This document shows, in pieces, positions 1 to 9,604 of a DNA stretch of 64,000 nt (position 1 is its first letter; each line of letters starts with the position of its first letter). Under the pieces are notes generated by a model, which was not told where the DNA came from, searched no databases, and saw nothing but the letters and a program-made list of their open reading frames with translations. The stretch is taken from assembly GCA_963668175.1 (NCBI GenBank), contig OY764159.1, positions 1,920,001 through 1,984,000 of the forward strand. Direction: 5' to 3'. This DNA comes from Syntrophales bacterium. Its GTDB lineage: Bacteria > Desulfobacterota > Syntrophia > Syntrophales > PHBD01. The translations under genes and the position numbers were made by a program.

Positions 1-1197
1 GAAGGGCACTCGTGCGTTGAGATAGAGGGGCAGCGGATGCCTGTCGCCCGCGACCTTCAGGATGCCCTCGTTGCTCGTCAGGCATATCTCCACGGCGATG
101 CCTTCCCGGCGCATTTTGGCGAGCAACTCCGCCGCGTTGTCCTCCCAGGCGACCGAGACGCCATGGCCGATGCGCCTGGCGTGGCCGGTCTCGATGCTCT
201 TTCTGATGCGATAGTTCATCACCTCCACGGGCGAATATTCGAGCGTCAGCTCCCCGGCGTGGAGGGAGACGTTGGGTTTGCCCAGGCGCTGCCAGAGAAA
301 GTCGATCATCTTCATCTGGGTGTCGAAGTTCCGCCGGGCGTAGTAGTCGTCTTCCGGCGCGACGATATTGATGCCCACGACGCGCCTGTCGTTCCTCATG
401 ATCGCCATGCCGCAGGCGATTGCGGCGAAGAAGGCGTCCGTCGTTTTTCCCGTGCGCGACGTGCTGAAGATGTAACGGATCTTGATCGGTGTGCTGTTCG
501 TGATCGGGCGGGGCACGCCGGCGAGATCGGCGACCTCCCTGTCCATCTTGTCGAGAAAGGCCCGGGAGGCGCTCAGGACCGCCGGGAAGCGCTTCTCCAT
601 CTCTTTCAGGGCCAGGGTCCAGTCGCCGTCCTTGATCGTGAAACCCTTCTGGGCCTCTTTGATGACGGCGCTCGGTGCTACGGCGGCCATCAGTTCGAGG
701 TACTGGACGTTCTGGCCCCGGGCGCGCGTTACGATCTCGGCAAGGATCCGGGCGTAGTCGATCTGGTTGAAGGCGGCGTCGAATTTGCCGAAGGAGTCGA
801 AGAAGTGGTCGTGGCCGCTGACGCCGGGCTCGCCGCCCCGCATGCTGGCCGCGTCCAGGAATTTCCGCATCAGTTTCGTGTCTTCTTTGAGTCTGCTTGC
901 CGGTACGGTTCCCTCGGTTTTCGTCGTGAAGGCGCCGGTCGTCAGGTCCGCGTTCAGGTTCGCCGCCACGGCGGCGTCGAGCATGGATTCGGCGAAGACC
1001 GCCCCCGTCGCGTGGCTGTGGAGGTCCGCCCCCTTGGGCATTCCCCGCAGGAAGGCGATGAGCATGGGCTCGTTGGCCTTCGCGCTCTCGAACGCCCTGA
1101 TCGCCGCCGCCTCGTCCGCCAGTGCCGCAAGCGGCAGCAGCATCAAGGCCAGTACCAACGCCGCCGCCAGGCCTTTGATCCTCAGCGCTGTCTTCAT
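1..1197 (-). CDS. Secreted adenosine deaminase family protein (ADA2/ADGF-like); 3' end runs off the window
   Basis: Not in the ORF track; translated by hand. Signal peptide MKTALRIKGLAAALVLALMLLPLAALA, then MPKGADLHSH, SLHAGE, ARRIGHG and VEICLTSN deaminase motifs; GAGGAG RBS. Confidence 0.85.
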   Translation of the reverse strand, partial: MKTALRIKGLAAALVLALMLLPLAALADEAAAIRAFESAKANEPMLIAFLRGMPKGADLHSHATGAVFAESMLDAAVAANLNADLTTGAFTTKTEGTVPASRLKEDTKLMRKFLDAASMRGGEPGVSGHDHFFDSFGKFDAAFNQIDYARILAEIVTRARGQNVQYLELMAAVAPSAVIKEAQKGFTIKDGDWTLALKEMEKRFPAVLSASRAFLDKMDREVADLAGVPRPITNSTPIKIRYIFSTSRTGKTTDAFFAAIACGMAIMRNDRRVVGINIVAPEDDYYARRNFDTQMKMIDFLWQRLGKPNVSLHAGELTLEYSPVEVMNYRIRKSIETGHARRIGHGVSVAWEDNAAELLAKMRREGIAVEICLTSNEGILKVAGDRHPLPLYLNARVPF

Positions 1198-1527
1198 TCT
1201 GCGATTCCTCCTCGTGAATGTTTCCGTCCGGACGGCATCCGGCGATTCCCGTATATCATATCCATGTTAAATTCTACTTGGGCAAATTACATCAAAAGAA
1301 CGTCCGGGCATAGTAATATTTGCTTCGTATCCATTGAATTTTTAACCTTGTCTTCATTACGGGCAGATGAGGCGCTGCGGAGCGGCCTGTTCCGGCTTTT
1401 TTCTCCGTGAAGCGGTCGAGGCGCGCTGCCGGCCAATGGCCGCTAAATCGTTATTGAGATATGAATTCAAAAAGTTATCTTTCGATATGGTTATTGTTTT
1501 CTCCCCGGTTGTTCGAAAAAATGACCA

Positions 1528-1558
1528 TTGACATTAGTCCTACAAAAAAGTATACAAT
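1528..1558 (+). promoter_or_regulatory. Putative sigma-70 promoter
   Basis: TTGACA-N17-TATACA(AT) in an AT-rich intergenic region. Confidence 0.4.
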
Positions 1559-1637
1559 ATGGTAACCGTATTGAAGTAGACAATGCCTCGATGGGCGGCA
1601 CGCGGTTAGATGTCTGAGGCCCGGACAAGGGCCGGAA

Positions 1638-1820
1638 ATGAGGACCATCATCGGAATGAATACGAACCAGAGAACTTTGTCCCTGAAATTCACCGCCGCC
1701 CTGGCGGTTCTCCTCCTGGCCGCCTGCGCCTGCCAGGCGGATTCGCTCCGCGCGACGCCCGCCGATCCCGGCGGCAGGAGCCGCCGGCTGCGTGGTGACG
1801 GCCGTCTTCGAACCTGCTGA
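1638..1820 (+). CDS. Small exported peptide, possibly a frameshifted remnant
   Basis: Signal-peptide-like LKFTAALAVLLLAACACQA. A different frame after about 1768 reads PAAGAAGCVVTAVFEPAEQKKQIPEM*. Confidence 0.3.
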   Translation: MRTIIGMNTNQRTLSLKFTAALAVLLLAACACQADSLRATPADPGGRSRRLRGDGRLRTC

Positions 1821-2185
1821 ACAGAAGAAACAAATCCCTGAAATGTGACCGATCATGCGGGAGCGTCCCCTCGCGCGTGCCGTTGCCGGAGTGATGCAAG
1901 GCTCGCCGGCACTGCTGCCGCGACGCTCCCCGCATCAGGTAAGGCCTGTCGGGGTGCGGAACGGCATCCCCGGAAGTGTCCATGGCGCGCAAACGCTGCT
2001 GCGGGACCGTTGAGGACGCCTAAAGGCCGTCGTCGACAAATGGAGGCCGACCTTCAAAGCGGCTATAGAGCGTGCTGAATAAGATAGGGCGGGAAAAGGG
2101 CGGGCCGGACTGCGCAGGCGGGCGCCTGCGGCCTGTAGGGTTTGCCTTGCGGCGCATTTGCCGGGGAAAAACGCCCGCGCCGCTG

Positions 2186-3553
2186 TCACCTGAGGCCGTA
2201 TTTCCTGAGACGGTAGAGGAGCATGGCCCTCGTGATGCCGAGGAGCCGGGCCGCCTTCGTCTTGTTGCCTCCCGATTCCTGCATGGCCTGCACGACGAAA
2301 TTCCGGTTGATGACCGAAAGATCGACGCCTTCCCCGATGGGCTGGACCCTCTCGGAGCCGGGCCGGAGTTCCGGCGGCGCGCTCTGGAGGAACCAGAGAT
2401 GGCCGGGCAGGATCAGGTTCTCGTTTTCCATGAGGACGATGCGCTCGACGGCATTCTGCAGTTCCCGGACGTTCCCGCCCCAGTGGTAGTTCAGGAATAT
2501 CTCCTCCGCCTCCGGGGCGACGCCCTGGAATTTCTTGCCGAACTTGGCATTGAATTTTTCGAGGAACAGGCCGATCAGGGGCATGATGTCGTCTCTGCGC
2601 TGCCGCAGCGGCGGCAGCTTGATCTTCGCCACGTTGAGCCTGTAGAACAGGTCCTCCCGGAAGGTCTTCTCCTCGATGCATTCCGCCAGCGGCCGGTTCG
2701 TCGCGGCGATGATGCGGACGTCCACCTTGATCTTTTCCGTCCCGCCGACGCGGTAGAACTCCTTCTCTTCGAGGAACCTAAGCAGCTTGACCTGGGCCGG
2801 CGGGGCCAGTTCGCTGATCTCGTCGAGGAAAAGCGTGCCGCCGTCCGCCATTTCGCATTTCCCCTTCTTGCCTTCCCGGAGGCCGCCGGTGAACGTTCCC
2901 TGCTCGTAGCCGAAGAGTTCGCTTTCGACCAGGTCGCGGGCGATGGCGCCGCAGTTGATGCCGACGAAGGGCATGTTGCAGCGGTCGCTCCCGTAATGGA
3001 TGACCTTGGCGATCACTTCCTTGCCCGTCCCTGTTTCGCCTTCCAGAAGGACCGTCGTGTCGAAGCTGCCCGCCACGATGCCGGCCATCTTCAGGGCGGC
3101 CTTCATGCCGTCGCTCCGGCCGATGATGTTGTCGAGGTTGAATTCGCGGTATTTCTGCTCCCGGAGCTCTTCCAACTCCCGCTTGAGCTTCAGGTTCTCC
3201 AGGGCCTTGTCGATGATGACGTCCAACTCCTCGATGTCGAGCGGCTTGACGAGATAGTCGAAGGCGCCCATCTTCATGGCTGTCACCACCGATTTCACGT
3301 CTTCGTAGGCGGTCATCATGATGACCGCGACCTCGATGCCCGACGCGCGGATCTGCCGGAGCGTTTCGATGCCGTCGATGCCCGGGAGCTTGATGTCCAG
3401 GAGGACCAGGTCGGCGGGATGCTTTTTCAGGTACTGGACGGCCCGCTCTCCCGTGGGGGCGATGACCGTTTCGAACTTCTCCGACAGGATGTCCTCCAAA
3501 GATTCCTGAAGGAGCCTGTCGTCGTCGGTGATGAGGATCTTATACCGGTACAT
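2186..3553 (-). CDS. Sigma-54-dependent response regulator (REC-AAA+-Fis HTH, NtrC/AtoC family)
   Basis: Receiver LLDIKLP, Walker A GETGTGKE, ESELFG..GTFTGG, FLDEI, FREDLFYRLNV, WGGNVRELQN, C-terminal HTH. Confidence 0.95.
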   Translation of the reverse strand: MYRYKILITDDDRLLQESLEDILSEKFETVIAPTGERAVQYLKKHPADLVLLDIKLPGIDGIETLRQIRASGIEVAVIMMTAYEDVKSVVTAMKMGAFDYLVKPLDIEELDVIIDKALENLKLKRELEELREQKYREFNLDNIIGRSDGMKAALKMAGIVAGSFDTTVLLEGETGTGKEVIAKVIHYGSDRCNMPFVGINCGAIARDLVESELFGYEQGTFTGGLREGKKGKCEMADGGTLFLDEISELAPPAQVKLLRFLEEKEFYRVGGTEKIKVDVRIIAATNRPLAECIEEKTFREDLFYRLNVAKIKLPPLRQRRDDIMPLIGLFLEKFNAKFGKKFQGVAPEAEEIFLNYHWGGNVRELQNAVERIVLMENENLILPGHLWFLQSAPPELRPGSERVQPIGEGVDLSVINRNFVVQAMQESGGNKTKAARLLGITRAMLLYRLRKYGLR

Positions 3554-5207
3554 GGGTGCCTGCCGTTTCTTCGATGGGAAATCTCAGGAAGAAACAGGTC
3601 CCCGTGCCTTCCCTGCTCTTGACGTCGATCAGCGCATTGTGCTGCTGGACGATCTTGTGAGCGATGGAAAGCCCCAGGCCCGTTCCTTCCGGTTTGGTCG
3701 TGAAGAAGGGGTCGAAAATGAGCTTCAGGTTTTCGTGGGGGATGCCGATGCCGTTGTCCTTGACGACAAGCAGGAGCCACCGGGAGCCTACCTCCGCATT
3801 ATTCTCCTCCACGCGGGTGATGATCGTGATCACTCCGCCCCTGGGCATGGCCTCCGCCGCGTTGAGGAGGAGATTGACGAGGACCGTCCGGATCTGGTGA
3901 GGATCGAAATAGATGTCCGGAATGCCGTCGCTGAACTTGTTCTTGACCGCGATCCGCCGCGCCTTCAGCTGCCGTTCGACCAGCTTGAGGGAATCGGCCA
4001 CGATATGGTGGATGTTCCCGTAAGACATCGCCGGGCTGATGTTCTTGGAAAAATCGAGGGTGTTCCGGATGACGGTCTTGATGCGGTCGATGCCTTCCTG
4101 GGTATTGGTCAGGACGCGTTTCCTGCCCGGATCGTCCGGCAGCGTCTTGGCAAGCCTCTGGATGTTGAAATTGATGCTGGCGAGGGGGTTCCTGATTTCG
4201 TGGGCGATGCTGGCCGACATCTGCCCCAGGGAGGAGAGCTTGTCCACCCGCTGGAGCATCATCTCGGTGCGTTTGATCTCCGTCAGGTCCTGGATCGTCA
4301 TGATCGCCCCCGTCATCGCGCCGTCGTGGCCCTTCGTAACGGAGAAGTTCACCCCGTAGATGTCCGCCGTCTTGTCTTTCCTGCTCGTGGCGATCTCGGC
4401 GTACTGGGTGGCCTTCTGGCTGACGATGAAGTCGTCCAGAAGCTCGACGACGTCCTTCCTGAAGACTTCGGAAACGGACCGGCCCAGGATCTTCTTTCTT
4501 TTGAGTTTCAGGATCTTTTCCGCCGGCCCGTTGACGGAACGGACCTTCCTGTGCCTGTCGACGGCGATGATCCCGTTGGGGACGCTTTCCAGAATGTTTT
4601 CGGCGATGTTTCTCTCCGCGAGGACCTGTTCGTAAAGCCGGGCGTTCTCCAGGATGATGCTCGCCTGGTTGGCGAAGGCCGTGAAGAGCTTGATGTCGCT
4701 CGCCGAGAGATTCATCTCCTGGTCGATCCTGTCCCCTTCGATGACGCCGATTACCTCCCGGTTGATCTTGAGGGGCACGGTGATCGTGGAGACCCTCTTC
4801 CATATCTTCTCCATCTTCCGGTCGTATTCCGTCAGGTTGGGGTCGTTCGGGACGTCCCGCGTATAGCGCGCTTTCCCCGAACGGGCCGTCATCGTCTCCC
4901 GGCATATCTGCGTCTTCATCCGGAGGGGGTGCGCCAGCGCGTGGGCCGATTCGGTCGGCGTGAAGCCGATGCAGTACCTGGCTTCCAGTTTCTCTTCCGC
5001 CTTATTGATCTGGAGGATGACGCCCCGGGAAAACCCGAATATTTTCTGGGATTCGTGAAGGATGGCCTGGAGGATCTTGTCGCGGTTGGCAGGACGGTTG
5101 AGCAGCCGGCTGATTTGATAAATGGAGGCCAGGATCCTCCCTTTCTTGTCCAGCTCGTCCCGGTCGCGCTCGATTTTCTTTAGAAGCTTGTCCGTGCTTG
5201 GTCTCAT
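3540..5207 (-). CDS. GAF-PAS sensor histidine kinase
   Basis: GAF ending FANQASIILENARLY, PAS, H-box AHEIRNPL, DNGIGI/FFTTK/GTGLGL. Start taken at MRPSTDK. Confidence 0.93.
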   Translation of the reverse strand: MRPSTDKLLKKIERDRDELDKKGRILASIYQISRLLNRPANRDKILQAILHESQKIFGFSRGVILQINKAEEKLEARYCIGFTPTESAHALAHPLRMKTQICRETMTARSGKARYTRDVPNDPNLTEYDRKMEKIWKRVSTITVPLKINREVIGVIEGDRIDQEMNLSASDIKLFTAFANQASIILENARLYEQVLAERNIAENILESVPNGIIAVDRHRKVRSVNGPAEKILKLKRKKILGRSVSEVFRKDVVELLDDFIVSQKATQYAEIATSRKDKTADIYGVNFSVTKGHDGAMTGAIMTIQDLTEIKRTEMMLQRVDKLSSLGQMSASIAHEIRNPLASINFNIQRLAKTLPDDPGRKRVLTNTQEGIDRIKTVIRNTLDFSKNISPAMSYGNIHHIVADSLKLVERQLKARRIAVKNKFSDGIPDIYFDPHQIRTVLVNLLLNAAEAMPRGGVITIITRVEENNAEVGSRWLLLVVKDNGIGIPHENLKLIFDPFFTTKPEGTGLGLSIAHKIVQQHNALIDVKSREGTGTCFFLRFPIEETAGTHVPV

Positions 5208-5396
5208 GGCTGCCTGCCTTTTCACCGCGGGTTGCGAAGGGTGAGTCCGGGCGGGCGGCGGCGAAAGCCCGCCGCCCGTCCAACCGATCCATACCAGACC
5301 CGCCGTCCAATAGCAAGATCGGGAAGCTAAGTTGCTGAAAAGCTGGAACGGGCTGCAGGCCTTCCTTGCCAATGCATAAATGCCGACGCCGTCCGG

Positions 5397-6611
5397 CTAG
5401 CGCTTCAGATTCTCGACAATGGTCGTGACGCCCTGGCCCCCGCCGCAACACGCCGTCATGACGCCGTAGCGGCCGCCGGTCCGGATAAGATGCTTCATGG
5501 CGAACATGGCGCAACGGGCCCCCGACGCCCCGTTGGCGTGGCCGAAGGCGATGGCCCCGCCCTGGGGGTTCCACTTGTCCATATCGACCTTTTCGCCGGT
5601 TTGTGTCTGGATTTCCTTGATGACGGCCAGGTTCTGGACCGCGAAGGCCTCGTTACACTCGACGACGTCCATGTCGGCAAGCTTCAGCCCCGCCCTCTTC
5701 AGGGCGACAGGCACGCCGTAGGCGGGGGCGATGCCCATGATGGAGGGATCGACGCCGATATCGGAGCCGGCGATCCACTTCGCCAGCGGCTCGTAGCCCC
5801 ATTCCTTCGCCTTGTCCGCGGACATCAGGAGGACGAAGGCGGCGCCGTCGTTGAGTCCGGAGGCGTTGCCCGCCGTCACGGTGCCGTCCTTCTTGAATAC
5901 CGGCGGCAGTTTGGCGAGACTCTCCAGCGGTTCCAGCCGGGGATGCTCGTCCGTCCGGTATTCCAGGGGAGGTTTCTTCTTGCCCTGGGGCACCGGGACC
6001 GTGATGATCTCCTCCTCGAAGTTGCCGGCGTCGATGGCCTTCTTTGCCAGGGTCTGGCTGCGGAAGGCGAACTCGTCCTGCTCCCGCCGTGAAATACCGT
6101 ACTTCTCAGCCAGGTTTTCGGCCGTCAGCCCCATTTCGAAGGGTGCATAGGCCCGGCCTTCCGCCGGTTTCGGCTGAAGCTGGTAGTCGAGAAGCTTGGG
6201 CGGCGAGATGCGGAACGGGGCCGTGCTCGACGAGTATTTGAAGGGGAGCTGGCTGAAGGACTCCATGCCCCCGGCGATGACGGCGTCCGCCGCGCCGCTC
6301 ATGATCTTCCAGGCCGCATGGTTGATCGAATCGATCGCCGAGCCGCACTGCATCTCCACGTAGGATGCCGACGTGCTCAGGGGAAGCCCGGCGTTGAGCA
6401 CGATCCAGCGCGCGGGATTGATGGCGTTGGCCACGTGGAACGCCGTGCCGCAGAAGACCGAGTCCAGATGTCCGCGCTCGCAGATCTTCGTCTTTTCCAC
6501 AATGGCTTTGAGGGCTATACTGCCCAGCTGTTCCGCCGTGAAATCCTTGAGCGATCCGCCCAGCCTGCCGAAGGCGGTCCGCACACCCTCTACCAATACC
6601 ACTTCTCTCAT
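5397..6611 (-). CDS. Thiolase (acetyl-CoA acetyltransferase)
   Basis: QCGSA catalytic Cys, GGMES, NEAFA, GHANGASG, CCGGGQG; AAAGGAG RBS. Confidence 0.95.
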   Translation of the reverse strand: MREVVLVEGVRTAFGRLGGSLKDFTAEQLGSIALKAIVEKTKICERGHLDSVFCGTAFHVANAINPARWIVLNAGLPLSTSASYVEMQCGSAIDSINHAAWKIMSGAADAVIAGGMESFSQLPFKYSSSTAPFRISPPKLLDYQLQPKPAEGRAYAPFEMGLTAENLAEKYGISRREQDEFAFRSQTLAKKAIDAGNFEEEIITVPVPQGKKKPPLEYRTDEHPRLEPLESLAKLPPVFKKDGTVTAGNASGLNDGAAFVLLMSADKAKEWGYEPLAKWIAGSDIGVDPSIMGIAPAYGVPVALKRAGLKLADMDVVECNEAFAVQNLAVIKEIQTQTGEKVDMDKWNPQGGAIAFGHANGASGARCAMFAMKHLIRTGGRYGVMTACCGGGQGVTTIVENLKR

Positions 6612-6724
6612 GGTGCTGCTCCTTTCATTCTCCTTGATTCCCAAGGTCTGTTTGTCGTCTCGCGTTCTGATGGACGCCCGGTCCGCGGCCGGGCTCCTCC
6701 CTCTCCATCCGGGGTTTCCCGGGT

Positions 6725-7582
6725 CTATTTCCCGTCGTACTTGTAGAACCCTTCACCCGTCTTGCGGCCGAGTTTCTTGTCGGCGAGCATCTTGTCGAAG
6801 AGGGGGGACGGTTTGTAGCGCTCCTCGCCGGTCATCTGGTACATGGCCTCGATGGCGAAGGCGCAGACGTCGACGCCCGCCAGGTCGATGATTTCCGTGA
6901 TGCCCATCGGCCAGTTGCAGCCCAGCTTCACGGCCTGATCGATCTCCTGCGCCCCGGCCGAGCCGTTGAGGATCATGTTGGCCGCCTCGTTGTAGAGGAG
7001 GCAGAGGAAGCGGTTGACGATGAAACCGGGGATGTCCTTGACGACGATGGGCGTCTTGCCGAAGGACTTGCAGATCTCCACGGTCTTGCTGACCGTCTCG
7101 TCGCTCGTGAACTCGCCCTGGATGACCTCCACGAGGCGCATCGCCGGAACGGGGCTGAAGTAGTGCGTGCCGATGACCCTGGCGGGATTCTTGGTGGCGG
7201 TGGCCAGCGTCGTGATGGGAAGGGTCGACGTGTTGCTCGCCAGGATGACGGTGGGCGGGCAGAGGGCGTCGATCTTCTGGAATATCTCTTTTTTGAGTTC
7301 GAGCTTTTCAAAGACGGCCTCCACGACCATCAAGGCGCCCTCGACGCCGTTCTTCATGTCCGTCGTGCCCGTGAGGCGCGAGAGGATGTCGTCGCACTGG
7401 TCCTGCTTGAGCTTTCCCTTTTCCACCTTTTTCGCGATAAATTTCCGGATATTGCCGATGCCGCGGTCTACAAAGCTCATTTCCGTGTCCATGAGGGCGA
7501 CCTGATAACCGCCTTCCACGGCGATCTGGGCTATGCCCGATCCCATGGTTCCTGCGCCGATGACTGCAATCTTGCCTTTCAT
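6725..7582 (-). CDS. hbd: 3-hydroxybutyryl/3-hydroxyacyl-CoA dehydrogenase
   Basis: GAGTMG Rossmann fold, EAVFE, SNTSTL, GTHYFSP, PGFIVNR, LGRKTGEGFY. Confidence 0.92.
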   Translation of the reverse strand: MKGKIAVIGAGTMGSGIAQIAVEGGYQVALMDTEMSFVDRGIGNIRKFIAKKVEKGKLKQDQCDDILSRLTGTTDMKNGVEGALMVVEAVFEKLELKKEIFQKIDALCPPTVILASNTSTLPITTLATATKNPARVIGTHYFSPVPAMRLVEVIQGEFTSDETVSKTVEICKSFGKTPIVVKDIPGFIVNRFLCLLYNEAANMILNGSAGAQEIDQAVKLGCNWPMGITEIIDLAGVDVCAFAIEAMYQMTGEERYKPSPLFDKMLADKKLGRKTGEGFYKYDGK

Positions 7583-7711
7583 AATGCTCTCCTTCGTATC
7601 GAGTAATTGATATGTACGGCCTGGGACATTCCGCCCCTCTTGGCGACGGTCCGCCGGGCCTTCCACTCCATTTGGTTTGTATTTGCGATTGCGATGATTG
7701 ACCGATGCCAG

Positions 7712-7728
7712 TGCATGAAGGATGCCAA
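7712..7728 (-). promoter_or_regulatory. Sigma-54 -24/-12 promoter of the hbd-thiolase-HK-RR operon
   Basis: Minus strand TTGGCATCCTTCATGCA (GG-N10-GC), with an AT-rich IHF-like tract upstream. Confidence 0.7.
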
Positions 7729-7799
7729 TACGATGGCGGCTTCTAACATGTTAAAATAATGAAGATAAAATTTTGAGGTGCCGTGGCCGGCCGCAGAGA

Positions 7800-7930
7800 T
7801 GGAGAATTTTCTACAGTTCCTAGCAGAGGCAAATCATTCGACAATTTTGCCATGCCCCCATAAAGAGGTTATGAAATTAATACCTTATGATTTGTACATC
7901 CTTTCCTGTAGTACTGTATAAAATTCTACA
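7800..7930. promoter_or_regulatory. Putative enhancer (UAS) sites for a sigma-54 activator
   Basis: TGGAGAATTTTCTACA (7800-7815), GGCAAATCATTCGACA (7828-7843), TGTATAAAATTCTACA (7915-7930); TGT-N10-ACA-like. Confidence 0.55.
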
Positions 7931-8077
7931 ACTCCGGAGAACGCGGCTGCCGGCACGGTCCGGCCGCTGTATGCTGTATCCGGTGTGAACACCGCAGCCT
8001 GCCGTTGACACCGGGCAACGCCCTGCTTAAATTATAGCGGACGGTGGGTAAATCGTTGTGCGAAAGGAGGAGGCAAT

Positions 8078-8635
8078 ATGACCAGGAGGATTGCTGTATT
8101 GGTAGGAAGTCTGCGCAAGGAATCCTTCAATAGGAAAATGGCGAATGCCTTGAAAGCGTTAGCGCCGGAGACGTTGCATCTGGATATCGTAGAAATCGGC
8201 GGCCTGCCCCTCTATAATCAGGATCATGACGACGAGGGAAAGCCTTTGGCGGCGTGGGTCGAATTCCGGAATAGGGTGAAGGGGTTCGACGGCGTCCTTT
8301 TCGTCACGCCCGAATACAACCGGTCGGTCCCCGCCGTACTGAAGAACGCCATCGACGTGGGTTCGAGGCCGTACGGTCAGAGCGTCTGGGCGGGCAAGCC
8401 CGGCGCGGTCGTCAGCGTATCGCCCGGCAACATCGGCGCTTTCGGCGCGAACCATCATCTCCGGCAGTCGCTCGTCTTTCTGGACGTTCCCGCCATGCAT
8501 CAGCCAGAGGCGTACATCGGCAATGCCGCCCGCCTGTTCGACGCCTCCGGCAACCTGACGGACGACGCCACCCGCGGCTTCCTCAAGGGATTCATGAAGG
8601 CCTTTGCGGTCTGGGTCGAGAAGAATGTATCCTAG
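8078..8635 (+). CDS. NADPH-dependent FMN reductase (ChrR/YieF family)
   Basis: GSLRKESFN, TPEYNRSVPAVLKNAID, GANHHLRQ; strong RBS; upstream TTGACA at 8005. Confidence 0.93.
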   Translation: MTRRIAVLVGSLRKESFNRKMANALKALAPETLHLDIVEIGGLPLYNQDHDDEGKPLAAWVEFRNRVKGFDGVLFVTPEYNRSVPAVLKNAIDVGSRPYGQSVWAGKPGAVVSVSPGNIGAFGANHHLRQSLVFLDVPAMHQPEAYIGNAARLFDASGNLTDDATRGFLKGFMKAFAVWVEKNVS

Positions 8636-8710
8636 TGACGACGCCGCCCGCGGGCAACGTGCCGGCCGCTTGCAGCTTCGACCACAGCCGCCGGTCGGAC
8701 CGAAAGGGGG

Positions 8711-9496
8711 ATGACGATGACGAAACCCATGCCTGCCGTCTTCATCGGGCACGGCAACCCGATGAATGCCCTGCACATCAACGACTATACAAAGGGATGG
8801 GCCGCCGTCGGCGCGGCGATCCCAAGGCCCCGGGCCATTCTCTGCATTTCCGCCCACTGGTACCTGCCCGCCACGATGGTGACGGCGATGGACCGTCCCC
8901 GGACTATCCACGACTTCGGCGGGTTTCCCCGGGAACTTTACGCCGTCGAGTACCCGGCGCCGGGCGACCCGGACCTGGCCGAGCGCGTCCGGTCCCTGCT
9001 TGCGCCCGTTGCCGTCGAGCGGGACCGCACATGGGGCCTCGACCACGGAACCTGGTCGGTCCTCCGTCACGTCTTCCCGCAGGCCGATGTCCCGGTCGTG
9101 CAACTCAGCATCGACGAGATGCGGCCCGCGGCCTTCCACTACGAACTGGGCCGACGGCTTTCGCCCCTCCGGGACGAAGGGGTCTTCATCGTCGGGAGCG
9201 GCAATCTCGTCCACAATCTCCATACGTATGCCTGGGGACGGCCGGGCGTAGAGCCTTACGACTGGGCCGTCCGCTTCGAAAACGAGGTCAGGAAATTATT
9301 GATTGCCGGCGACGATCAGCCCCTTATCGCATACGAGACATTCGGCGGCGACGGGAGGCTTTCGGTCCCGACGCCGGACCATTATCTGCCGCTCCTCTAT
9401 ATCGCGGCGCTCCGGCGGCCTGGCGAGGAAGTGCGTTTCCCCGTCGAAGGGTTCGACGGCGGTTCCATCTCCATGCTTGCCGTGCAGATCGGTTGA
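8711..9496 (+). CDS. ygiD: 4,5-DOPA extradiol dioxygenase (LigB/DODA family)
   Basis: GHGNPMNA, ISAHW, TIHDFGGFP, GLDHGTW, GSGNLVHNL, PTPDHYLPL. Confidence 0.92.
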   Translation: MTMTKPMPAVFIGHGNPMNALHINDYTKGWAAVGAAIPRPRAILCISAHWYLPATMVTAMDRPRTIHDFGGFPRELYAVEYPAPGDPDLAERVRSLLAPVAVERDRTWGLDHGTWSVLRHVFPQADVPVVQLSIDEMRPAAFHYELGRRLSPLRDEGVFIVGSGNLVHNLHTYAWGRPGVEPYDWAVRFENEVRKLLIAGDDQPLIAYETFGGDGRLSVPTPDHYLPLLYIAALRRPGEEVRFPVEGFDGGSISMLAVQIG

Positions 9497-9604
9497 AGGG
9501 GGGCTTGCCGGCGGCAGTTAAGATCGTCGGTTAGCGGCGGCTGCGGCCGCTTCGGCGGGCAAAATGGACATGAAAAGGCGGAAAATCGTCATTCCCGCCT
9601 TGTT

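Noticed and set aside
37..1410. 457-aa plus-strand ORF and similar long ORFs (2072-3622, 3528-5183, 51609-54230, 57270-59243, 59720-61129)
   Set aside because: Antisense shadows of real genes in high-GC DNA; no motifs of their own.
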